From: Mobula hypostoma
Lineage: Eukaryota
DNA: 64,000 bases
Assembly (NCBI RefSeq): GCF_963921235.1
Contig: NC_086109.1
Span: 83,018,001 to 83,082,000, forward strand
Reading direction: 5' to 3'
Shown here: positions 50,450 to 61,925 of the stretch, piece after piece
How the letters are laid out: every line of letters starts with the position of its first letter
How positions within the stretch are numbered: the first letter of the stretch is position 1
The notes under the pieces: generated by a model
What the model was told of the DNA's origin: nothing
What the model saw: only the letters and a program-made list of their open reading frames with translations
The model's database searches: none
Made by a program: the position numbers and the translations under genes

Positions 50450-51787
50450 TACACCCATGCCAATTTGCCCACCGGAGCAACAAGACCACAGCAGATGCCA
50501 ACTCACTGGCTCTTCACTCAACCCTGGAACATCTGGACAGCAAAGATGCGTAGATCAGGATGCTCTTTATAGACTGCAGTTCAGCGTCCACAACCTGGGG
50601 TCTAGATGTAATACATCAAAACTAATCAACAAGTTCCAAGATCTTGGTCTCAATACCTCATTGTGCAATTGGATTTCCTTACTTGCAGACCCCAGTCAGA
50701 TCGGATTGGCAACAACAACTCCTTCATAATCTCCATCAGCACTGGTGCAGCACAAAGCCCTTTGCTTAGCCTCCTGCTCTACTCAGTTTACACTTCTGAC
50801 TGTGTGGTTAAGCACAGCTCTAATGCCATATTCAAGTATGCTGATAACACCACCATGGTAGGCCAAATCAAAGGTGGTGATGAATCAACACAGAGGAGGG
50901 AGACAGAAAATCTGATTGAGTGGTGTTATAATAACAATCTCTTACACAATGTTACTAAGACCGAGAAACAGATTGTAAACCAAGACAAAAAAAACCAGAG
51001 GTCCAGGATCCAGGTCTCATCAGAGGATTAGAGCTAGAGAGGGTTAGCAACTTTAAATTCCGAGCCGTTATTATTTCGGAGGAACTGTCCTGGGCCCTTC
51101 ACAATAAGAAAGCACAACAGCACCTCTATGCACTTAGGAGTTGTGGAGATTCAGCATGACATCTAAAACTTTGAAAAACTTTTGTAGATGCACAGTAGAG
51201 AGTATATCGACTGGCTGCATCACACCCTGGTACGGAAACACCAATACCCTTCAACAGAAAATCCTACAGAGATTAGTTGATATTGACTCAGTCCCTCCCA
51301 ACCCTGGAGCATATTTGCATGAAACACTGCAAGAGGAAAGCAGCATCCATCATCAGGAACCCACAACATCCAGGGCATGGTGTCTTCTCGCTGCTGGCAT
51401 CAGGAAGAAGGTTCAAGAGCCTCAGGACTTTCACTACCTGGTTCAGGAGATTTACTGTCCACGATCCATCAAGCTCTCGAACCAAATGGTTCAGCTTCAT
51501 TTGTCCCATCATTGAAATGTTCCCACAACCTATAAATTCACTTTCAAGGACTCTTCATCTCATGTTTTCAATATTTATTGCTTATTTATTTATTTATTAA
51601 TATTATTTCTTCTTTCTGTATTTGCACAGTTTCTTGTATTCTACACTCTGGTTGAACGCCCTAGTTGGGTGTTGTATTGATTCTATTATGGTTATTATTC
51701 TATAGATTTATTGAGTGTGCCCATAGGTTGTATCTGGTGACCTACAGTATATGTACTCAGATAATAAAATTTACTTCGAATTTTGAC
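50450..51787 (+). mobile_element. Rex1/Babar-type LINE fragment (duplicate)
   Basis: ORFs 50663..51031 and 51141..51515. Confidence 0.8.
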
Positions 51788-52076
51788 AAAGGAATCTGTA
51801 AGTATGAACTCAAAGTAGGCACTTTCAAATTGTTTTAACAGTGTTTTGTTTTGAAACACTGTTATATTAAAATCTTGATTCCATTGATGACATTTATATT
51901 AACAATTCATCATTAACTCTTGGAAGATATTATGATGCCATTGTGTCTAACCATTCTTCGACCTCTTCAATGACAGTTCCACAAGTCTTTTTATCACCTT
52001 ATTCTTCACAAGTTTATCATATTTTTTTTAGATTTGAGCAACACTGGATTGATGGAGATCAGAACATTCTTACATT
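51788..52076 (-). pseudogene. UGT N-terminal fragment truncated by Penelope
   Basis: Duplicate of 33448-33731. Confidence 0.75.
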
Positions 52077-52078
52077 GA

Positions 52079-54151
52079 TGTGGATCTTGGGTAGGAGGTA
52101 CAAACGGGGCGGGGGGGGGGGTGTGCTGTTGTAGTCTGGCGTACTGACCTCTACCTTGCCGAGGCACAGCGACAACTCGCGGATACCTCCTCTTATTTAC
52201 CCCTCGATCGTGACCCCACTGAGGAACACCAGGCCATTGTCTCCCACACCATCACCGACTTTATTGGCTCAGGGGATCTCCCATCCGCTGCTACCAACCT
52301 TATAGTTCCCACACCTCGCACTTCCCGTTTCTACCTCCTACCCAAGATCCACAACCCTGCCTGTCCTGGCAGACCTATTGGCTCAGCTTCCCCTGCCCCA
52401 CTGAACTCATTTCTGCATACCTCGACACGATTTTATCCCCCCTTGTTCAATCCCTTCCTACCTATGATCGAGACACTTCTCACACTCTTAAACTTTTCGA
52501 TGATTTTAAGTTCCCTGAACCCCACCGCTTTATTTTCACTATGGATGTCCAATCCCTATATACTTCCATGCCCCATCAGGAAGGTCTCAAAGCTCTCCGT
52601 TTCTTTTTGGATTCCTGACCGAATCAGTTCCCCTCTACCACCACTCTGCTCCGTCTAGCGGAATTAGTCCTTACTCATAATAATTTCTCCTTTGGCTCCT
52701 CCCACTTCCTCCAAACTAAGGGTGTAGCTGTGGGCACCCGTATGGGTCCGAGCAATGCCTGCCCTTTTGTTGGCTTTGCGGAACAATCTATGTTCCAAAC
52801 CTATTCTGGTATCTGTCCCCCACTTTTCCTTCGCTATATCGATGAGCGCATTGGCGCTGCTCTTCCTGCATGCATGCTGAGCTCATTGACTTTATTAACT
52901 TTGCCTCCAACTTTCACCCTGCCCTCAAGTTTACCCGGTCCATTTCCGACACCTCCCTCCCCTTTCTAGATCTTTCTGTCTCTATCTCCAGAGATAGCTT
53001 ATCTACTGATGTCTACTATAAGACTACTGACTCTCACAGCTATCTGGACTATTCCTCTTCTCACCCTGTCTCTTGCAAAAACGCCATTCCCTTCTCGCAA
53101 TTCCTCCGTCTCTGCCGCATCTGCTCTCAGGATGAGGCTTTTCATTCCAGGACGAGGGAGATGTCCTCCTTTTTTAAAGAAAGGGGCTTCCCTTCCTCCT
53201 CTATCAACTCTGCTCTCAAACGCATCTCCCCCATTTCATGCACATCTGCTCTCACTCCATCCTCCCGCCACCCCACTAGGAATAGGGCTCCCCTGGTCCT
53301 CACCTACCACCCCACCAGCCTCCAGGTCCAACATATTATTCTCCGTAACTTCTGCCACCTCCAATGGGATCCCACAACTAAGCACATCTTTCCCTTGCGC
53401 CCCCCCCCACAGCTTTCCGCAGGGATCGCTCCCTATGCGACTCCCTTGTCCATTCGTCCCCCCCAATCCCTCCCCACTGATCTCCCTCCTGGCACTTATC
53501 CATGTAAGCGGAACAAGTGCTACACATGCCCTTACACTTCCTCCCTCACCACCATTCAGGGCCCCAGGCAGTCCTTCCAGTTGAGGTGACACTTCACCTG
53601 TGAGTCGGCTGGGGTGATATACAGCGTCCGGTGCTCCCGATGTGGCCTTTTATATATTGGTGAGACCCAACGCAGACTGGGAGACCGCTTTGCTGAACAC
53701 CTACGCTCTGTCCGCCAGAGAAAGCAGGATCTCCCAGTGGCCACACATTTTAATTCCACATCCCATTCCCATTCTGATATGTCTATCCACAGCCTCCTCT
53801 ACTGTAAAGATGAAGCCACACTCAGGTTGGAGGAACAACATCTTATATTCCATCTGGGTAGCCTCCAACCTGATGGCATGAACATTGATTTCTCTAACTT
53901 CCGCTAATGTCCCACCTCCCCCTCGTACCCCATCCATTATTTATTTATATACACACATTCTTTCTCTCTCTCTCCTTTTTCTCCCTCTGTCCCTCTGACT
54001 GTACCCCTTGCCCATCCTCTGGGTTTTCCCCGCTTCCCCCTTTTCCTTCTCATTGGGCCTCCTGTCCCATGATCCTCTCATATCCCTTTTGCCAATCAAC
54101 TGTCCAGCTCTTGGCTCCATCCCTTCCCCTCCTGTCTTCTCCTATCATTTT
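52079..54151 (+). mobile_element. Penelope-like retroelement (segmental duplicate of 33734-35837)
   Basis: Same junctions; ORF 52870..53589 (LPFLDL, YLDYSSSHP...IPFSQFLRL) and ORF 53614..53907 (IYSVRCSRCGLLYIGET). Confidence 0.93.
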
Positions 54152-56258
54152 GAACATTGCAGGATGTACCTAATAAAGTGGCTACTGTGTATATAAATAC
54201 TAATTATTGTGGGATTGTACACAAAGCACTAAATAATTAAGTGATAAAAATAGATTAGATATCAGACAAACAAAGCAAAAGCTCCAGACAGATTACATTT
54301 TGGGTTATCACATCTTAGAGCAAATATAACCACAATTAAGGATGTGATAGGATAAAATATAAGGACAATTTGCATCACCTGGGCCTGCGTTCAATTGAAC
54401 CTTGACGTTACAATGATGTATAGATACAAATGAATATAACTTGGAGGAGGTGTATACCAGTATAAGTATTTTGCATGTTACAAATTTAGGATATTTGTAA
54501 CTCTTTCCACTCAAGTTACTTCAGCTACTTAGTCTAGAGCTGGATTCCAAACTGGGGTCCGCAGAACCCCTGTTTAAAAGTATTGTTCCACAGCATAAGA
54601 AAGGTTGAGAACCCTGGTCTAGAGGGATAATTGGTTGATGAACCTCGATAGATTGGCATTGAGCAAACGTGTTAAGGTTAATGCATACAATATATTGATC
54701 GAATCTGAGTGACTCAGCAGGTTTAGGGAATTGTGTGGCTCGTTCCTCTTCAGATCACTTGATATTGCTGCCCATTTGTCTGCAGATCATACGTGTAAAT
54801 ACATTTCTCCTGCACATTGAAAACTACTTACTCTGTACTGCAATCAGCATAAAGATAGATTTGACAGTGAACTTTGACCTTTCTTGCATAATTTTTAGAC
54901 CGAACTGCTGTTTGGATTGATGAGCGATAAAGCTAATTTGACAGAAATGAAAGATCCTTAAAATCAACTACATTTCAAAAGAATATTTCTTTATTCACAG
55001 ATCAGCTGAATTAGTTATATATCTTTTACTAATAAAAATACATTATTGTACCTCATTGCTGGGATTACATAGAGGTCACAACAGTATACAATGGACCTGA
55101 TGTTTATGTATCTAAGAAACATACAAACATATATAATGAACAAAGAGATTGCACAATGCAAGATTAACCTGCCAATGAAAATGCAGCAAAATCGACTCAG
55201 AAACTGCATTCTACCATACCTGTCCATCTGTAATCAACACCCTTTTATCCGAGCTGCAATCTGATACTTGCATAATAATGCCCACGGTTATTGTTCAGAA
55301 AATATAACTGGGTGAATGTGCTTTTACTCATGTGGAAATGTAACCCTATTACTTAAAGTTATCATCTCCTGGTGGACACAAGGGTTTCTGCAAATGGGGG
55401 AGATCTTGAGCAACACACACTAAATGTGTTGGGAACATTTGCAGGAACGTGGGAGATGTGAGAGAAAGGGTGTGACGTCAGTAGCTCGGAGGTGATTGGT
55501 GGAGGAGGCAAAGGCCTGAGGAAGATGGCACCTGATTGGAGCGGACAACAGGTCACAGAGCAAAAAGGAAAGGGGGTGGGGAACTGGGGGGGTAGGTGGG
55601 AGTTGGGGGTGGTTTAAGTCATGGACAGTTCATGAGGGCAGGGAGGGGAAGAGAAGGAGTAAAGTGGTCAAAAGGGGAATGGAAAACATAGGAATACATT
55701 TGATTTCCTTATTTCATCTGCTGCAGCTTGTACTACAGCAGTGAGACTCAATGGAGATTGAGACCTTCTTTCTTAGCATTTTCTTGCCATTCACTACAAC
55801 AGTTTTGATTTCCCACTGGCCGGTAGGTAGAATTCCCATGTTCCCATTCCCACACTCACATGTTTGCCCACGGCTGCCACACTGAGGTTAAACACAAAAT
55901 GGAGAAACAATACCACACATTCCATTGTGGGAGTCTCCATCCTGGCGGCATCAACATCAATTTCTATAGATTCCGGTACATTGTTTTCCCTTATAGCTCT
56001 GGTCACATTACTCTCTTACATTCCCTTTTTTCCCAGTCAAATGTCAATCAGGTAGTTTAAAATTCTTTTCTGCATATCAAAGCAGAAAGTCTATTATTTA
56101 ATATATCTATCACAGCTGACTTATTCTCATAATAGCCTTTGCTAAATTCAATGAATTCTGGAAAGAAGATTCCATGGATTAACTCCTGGGGAAAAAAATC
56201 AATTACTGTAAATATAAAGAACATAAAACACCATATCACAATACAAAACAGGGTAACC

Positions 56259-57862
56259 TCACTCAGTCTTTTGCTTTCTTCTACATGCCATACGACAAAG
56301 TTTCTTCAGTGCTACAACCACCAGCAGTGTGAGCATGAAGAACATGGACAACAGAAAAACCATCACATCCACACAATAGTAAGTGTACCAGGGCAGCCGG
56401 TAGGATTCAGAGCGTAAATGCCCTGCTCCTTTGTGTCGGGCAACATACTCAATCCAGAAAACAGCTCTCTCCATTGGCGACTCTGGTTGGTCCCGGTGGA
56501 GAGCCGACAGTTTCTTCATGTTATCCCGGTAAAATGTGCCGTTTACCACCTCATTAAGTGCCTGCAATAGATCTGTCGAATGCATGGTTCCAACATTAAG
56601 CACCTTTGCTGCGCCTCGGGATTCCAGTCGGACTACATTGTCAAACTGGTCAAAAATAACAGGCATGCCAATCACTGGCACCCCGTGGTAGATTGCCTCG
56701 AAAATGCCATTGATACCACCATGACAAATGAAGACTCGCGTGTTGGGGTGTCCCAGAAGGTCGTTCTGAGGGATCCATTTTGTCAGTAGTGTATTATTAC
56801 CTATATTGGGAGGGATTTCCCCATCATATCTCCAAATAACCTTCTGGGGTACTTGAGCAAATGCTTCAGCTATTTCCATTGTAATCTGCTTTGGCAAGGA
56901 ATCGATAAAGGTTCCTAATGACATCACAATAATTCCATGCTTTCCTGAGTTTTGAACAAACTCTTCAAATTCTGCTGCTAGTGGTCGGGCTGGTTTACAC
57001 TGGAAGCCTCCAATGTAGACAATATTTGGCATGGTGGGTCTTGGGAATTCAAATACAAAATCGATTCTGATCAGCAACACATCAGCCCTCAAGAGAATTG
57101 TTTGAATGTCTGTATCTGGTCCGAGATATTGATGACAGATTTCATTATAAATTGGGTATACAACAAATTCAACAAATAGAAGCTGAAAAAAATTATATAT
57201 GACATTTCTTGTTCTTTGGAAAAAATTCATATTATCTGTCAAACGTGTGCCAAGATTTGGGACATAGGAAGGCGGTGATGGGGCATAGAGTAAATGGGCT
57301 TCCCCATTTAGCTGCCCTCGAACATTATACACCTGCGGGACTTTCAAATAATGCGCAACATTGGTCCTGTACCAAAAGCAGGATCCGTAAGTACTAAGTC
57401 AAAATTTGCTCTTTCAAATTGTTTTAACAGGGTTTTATTTTGAAAAATTGCAATACCAAAAGCTTGATTCCATTTGTGAATTTCATATAAAATATCCTTC
57501 ATGAAATTTTGGAACTTCATATGGTCCCAAAGGGTTCCACCACTCTTCAATGACAGTTCCACAATTCTTTCAAACATAATTTTCAGAGATTTGTCATCTT
57601 TTTCTTGAATTTGAATAACGATGGATTGATAGAGATCAAGATTTTCCTTCATATGCGAAGATGAAGAATGGTAAAGCACAGTAACATTGTGTCCACGAAG
57701 TTTCAGCTCTTCTACTAGAATTTTCATATTAATCCAATGACTTCCATCCACAGGTATAACCAATATTTTAGCCCCTTGGGTAACCGGAGAAGTCAGTGTG
57801 ATGAAAATAATACCAAGAGCAGATGCAATCTGCAATCTGTCTTTCCATCCAGGTCTACCCAT
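56259..57862 (-). pseudogene. UGT copy E, full length with a single frameshift
   Basis: ORFs 57344..57862 and 56259..57347 together give a near-copy of gene F. One base is missing at 57358/57359 (gcgcaacatt vs gcgcaagcatt). A sequencing error is possible. Confidence 0.8.
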
Positions 57863-60008
57863 CTTGAGAAAAGCGGATCACACTGAGTCTGCAGTAAAAT
57901 TGTTAAAAAAATACTGGTAAGCATTATAAATTCACAACAAAAACATTTAACCCAGTGGCTCCCAACCTTTTTTATGCCATGGACCATTATCATTAAGTTA
58001 GGGGTCTCTGGTTTTTAGAGTGCCTGAATTGCTTAAATGTTGTTTAACGAAAGACATTAATCTTTTAGATTTCCTTCTGTTTTTCTCGAGTGACTTGCTC
58101 TTTGTAATGCAGTCTCCTGGTGCTTTCTGTCTAAACTTAGGTTTATTATGATCAGCTCCTAGATTCCGAGTTTCTTGTAATGATTTAAACGGAAGCCCGA
58201 TTAGCGTTAACTGCGATTTCACCAATCAACTTCCTAACTATTTACGACATCTCTCCCCTTCCCAGTTACTTCAGCTACTTAGTCTAGAGTGGGTTCCAAA
58301 CTGGGGTCCGCAGAACCCCTGTTTAAAGGTATTGTACCACAGCATAAGAAAGGTTGAGAACCCTGGACTAGAGGGATAATTGGTTGGTGAACCTCGATAG
58401 ATTGGCGTTGAGCAAACGTGTTAAGGTTAATGCATACAATATATTGATGGAATCTGAGTGACTCAACAGGGTTAGGGAATTGCGTGGCTCATTCCTCTTC
58501 AGATCACTTGATATTGCTGCCCATTTCCCTGCAGATGATACGTGTAAATACATTTCTCCTGCACATTGTAAACTACTTACTCTGTACTGCAATCAGCATA
58601 AAGATAGATTTGACAGTGAACTTTGACCTTTCTTGCATAATTTTTAGACCGAACTGCTGTTTGGATTGATGAGCGATAAAGCTAATTTGACAGAAATGAA
58701 AGATCCTTAAAATCAACTACATTTCAAAAGAATATTTCTTTATTCACAGATCAGCTGAATTAGTTATATATCTTTTACTAATAAAAATACATTATTGTAC
58801 CTCATTGCTGGGATTACATAGAGGTCACAACAGTATACAATGGAGTCTGATGTTTATGTATCTAAGAAACATACAAACATATATAATGAACAAAGGGATT
58901 GCACAATGCAAGATTAACCAGCCAATGGAAATGCAGCAAAACCGACTCAGAAACTGCATTCTACCGTACCTGTCCATCTCCAATCAACACCCTTTTATCC
59001 GAGCTGCAATCTGATACTTGCATAATAATGCCCACGGTTATTGTTCAGAAAATATAACTGGGTGAATGTGCTTTTACTCATGTGGAAATGTAACCCTATT
59101 ACTTAAAGTTATCATCTTCGGGTGGCCACAAGAGTTTCTGCAAATGGGGGAGATCTTGAGCAACACACACTAAAGGTGTTGGGAACATTTGCAGGAATGT
59201 GGGAGATGTGAGAGAAAGGGTGTGACGTCAGTAGCTCGGAGGTGATTGGTGGAGGAGGCAAAGGCCTGAGGAAGATGGCACCTGATGGGAGCGGACAACA
59301 GGTCACAGAGCAAAAAGGAAAGGGGGTGGGGAACTGGGGGGGTAGGTGGGAGTTGGGGGTGGTTTAAGTCATGGACAGTTCATGAGGGCAGGGAGGGGAA
59401 GAGAAGGAGTAAAGTGGTCAAAAGGGGAATGGAAAACATAGGAATACATTTGATTTCCTTATTTCATCTGCTGCAGCTTGTACTACAGCAGTGAGACTCA
59501 ATGGAGATTGAGACCTTCTTTCTTAGCATTTTCTTGCCATTCACTACAACAGTTTTGATTTCCCACTGGCCGGTAGGTAGAATTCCCATGTTCCCATTCC
59601 CACACTCACATGTTTGCCCACGGCTGCCACACTGAGGTTAAACACAAAATGGAGAAACAATACCACACATTCCATTGTGGGAGTCTCCATCCTGGCGGCA
59701 TCAACATCAATTTCTATAGATTCCGGTACATTGTTTTCCCTTATAGCTCTGGTCACATTACTCTCTTACATTCCCTTTTTTCCCAGTCAAATGTCAATCA
59801 GGTAGTTTAAAATTCTTTTCTGCATATCAAAGCAGAAAGTCTATTATTTAATATATCTATCACAGCTGACTTATTCTCATAATAGCCTTTGCTAAATTCA
59901 ATGAATTCTGGAAAGAAGATTCCATGGATTAACTCCTGGGGAAAAAAATCAATTACTGTAAATATAAAGAACATAAAACACCATATCACAATACAAAACA
60001 GGGTAACC

Positions 60009-61613
60009 TCACTCAGTCTTTTGCTTTCTTCTACATGCCATACGACAAAGTTTCTTCAGTGCTACAACCACCAGCAGTGTGAGCATGAAGAACATGGACA
60101 ACAGAAAAACCATCACATCCACACAATAGTAAGTGTACCAGGGCAGCCGGTAGGATTCAGCGCGTAAATGCCCTGCTCCTTTGTGTCGGGCAACATACTC
60201 AATCCAGAAAACAGCTCTCTCCATTGGCGACTCTGGTTGGTCCCGGTGGAGAGCCGACAGTTTCTTCATGTTATCCCGGTAAAATGTGCCGTTTACCACC
60301 TCATTAAGTGCCTGCAATAGATCCGTCGAATGCATGGTTGCAACATTAAGCACCTTTGCTGCGCCTCGGGATTCCAGTCGGACTACATTGTCAAACTGGT
60401 CAAAAATAACAGGCATGCCAATCACTGGCACCCCGTGGTAGATTGCCTCGAAAATGCCATTGATACCACCATGACAAATGAAGACTCGCGTGTTGGGGTG
60501 TCCCAGAAGGTCGTTCTGAGGGATCCATTTTGTCAGTAGTGTATTATTACCTATATTGGGAGGGATTTCCCCATCATATCTCCAAATAACCTTCTGGGGT
60601 ACTTGAGCAAATGCTTCAGCTATTTCCATTGTAATCTGCTTTGGCAAGGAATCGATAAAGGTTCCTAATGACATCACAATAATTCCATGCTTTCCTGAGT
60701 TTTGAACAAACTCTTCAAATTCTGCTGCTAGTGGTCGGGCTGGTTTACACTGGAAGCCTCCAATGTAGACAATATTTGGCATGGTGGGTCTTGGGAATTC
60801 AAATACAAAATCGATTCTGATCAGCAACACATCAGCCCTCAAGAGAATTGTTTGAATGTCTGTATCTGGTCCGAGATATTGATGACAGATTTCATTATAA
60901 ATTGGGTATACAACAAATTCAACAAATAGAAGCTGAAAAAAATTATATATGACATTTCTTGTTCTTTGGAAAAAATTCATATTATCTGTCAAACGTGTGC
61001 CAAGATTTGGGACATAGGAAGGCGGTGATGGGGCATAGAGTAAATGGGCTTCCCCATTTAGCTGCCCTCGAACATTATATACCTGCGGGACTTTCAAATA
61101 ATGCGCAAGCATTGGTCCTGTACCAAAAGCAGGATCCGTAAGTACTAAGTCAAAATTTGCTCTTTCAAATTGTTTTAACAGGGTTTTATTTTGAAAAATT
61201 GCAATACCAAAAGCTTGATTCCATTTGTGAATTTCATATAAAATATCCTTCATGAAATTTTGGAACTTCATATGGTCCCAAAGGGTTCCACCACTCTTCA
61301 ATGACAGTTCCACAATTCTTTCAAACATAATTTTCAGAGATTTGTCATCTTTTTCTTGAATTTGAATAACGATGGATTGATAGAGATCAAGATTTTCCTT
61401 CATATGCGAAGATGAAGAATGGTAAAGCACAGTAACATTGTGTCCACGAAGTTTCAGCTCTTCTACTAGAATTTTCATATTAATCCAATGACTTCCATCC
61501 ACAGGTATAACCAATATTTTAGCTCCTTGGGTAACCGGAGAAGTCAGTGTGATGAAAATAACACCAAGAGCAGATGCAATCTGCAATCTGTCTTTCCATC
61601 CAGGTCTATACAT
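60009..61613 (-). CDS. UDP-glucuronosyltransferase (copy F), intact single-exon CDS, 534 aa; UGT2/UGT5-like
   Basis: Signal peptide, [27 protein letters not shown]...[16 protein letters not shown]...FDQ, TM helix and RRKQKTE end. Confidence 0.96.
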   Translation of the reverse strand: MYRPGWKDRLQIASALGVIFITLTSPVTQGAKILVIPVDGSHWINMKILVEELKLRGHNVTVLYHSSSSHMKENLDLYQSIVIQIQEKDDKSLKIMFERIVELSLKSGGTLWDHMKFQNFMKDILYEIHKWNQAFGIAIFQNKTLLKQFERANFDLVLTDPAFGTGPMLAHYLKVPQVYNVRGQLNGEAHLLYAPSPPSYVPNLGTRLTDNMNFFQRTRNVIYNFFQLLFVEFVVYPIYNEICHQYLGPDTDIQTILLRADVLLIRIDFVFEFPRPTMPNIVYIGGFQCKPARPLAAEFEEFVQNSGKHGIIVMSLGTFIDSLPKQITMEIAEAFAQVPQKVIWRYDGEIPPNIGNNTLLTKWIPQNDLLGHPNTRVFICHGGINGIFEAIYHGVPVIGMPVIFDQFDNVVRLESRGAAKVLNVATMHSTDLLQALNEVVNGTFYRDNMKKLSALHRDQPESPMERAVFWIEYVARHKGAGHLRAESYRLPWYTYYCVDVMVFLLSMFFMLTLLVVVALKKLCRMACRRKQKTE

Positions 61614-61639
61614 CTTGAGAAAAGCGGATCACACCAATG

Positions 61640-61662
61640 CTGCAGTCAAATTGTTAAAAAAA
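61640..61662 (-). promoter_or_regulatory. Putative splice acceptor 26 nt upstream of the UGT F ATG
   Basis: ttttttaacaatttgactgcAG|cattggtgtgatccgcttttctcaagATG; equivalents at 39579 (C) and 57889 (E). Confidence 0.65.
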
Positions 61663-61825
61663 TACTATTAAGCATCATAAATTGACAACAAAAACATTTA
61701 ACCCAGTGACTCGCAACCTTTTTTATGCTGTGGACCATTACCATTAAGTTAGAGGTCTCTGGTTTTTAGAGTACCTGAATTGCTTAAATGTTGTTTAACG
61801 AAAGACATTAATCTTTTAGATTTCC

Positions 61826-61925
61826 GAGCAACACACATCAAAGTTGCTGGTTGAACGCAGCAGGCCACCAGCAACTTTGATGTGTGTTGCTTGAATTTCC
61901 AGCATCTGCAAAATTCCTGTTGTTT
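61826..61925 (+). mobile_element. Collapsed fold-back Penelope terminal-repeat mini-element (100 bp)
   Basis: 25-bp inverted arms (61827-61851, 61867-61891), 34-nt tail, 14-bp TSD tcttttagatttcc; empty sites at 39751 and 58061. Confidence 0.92.
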
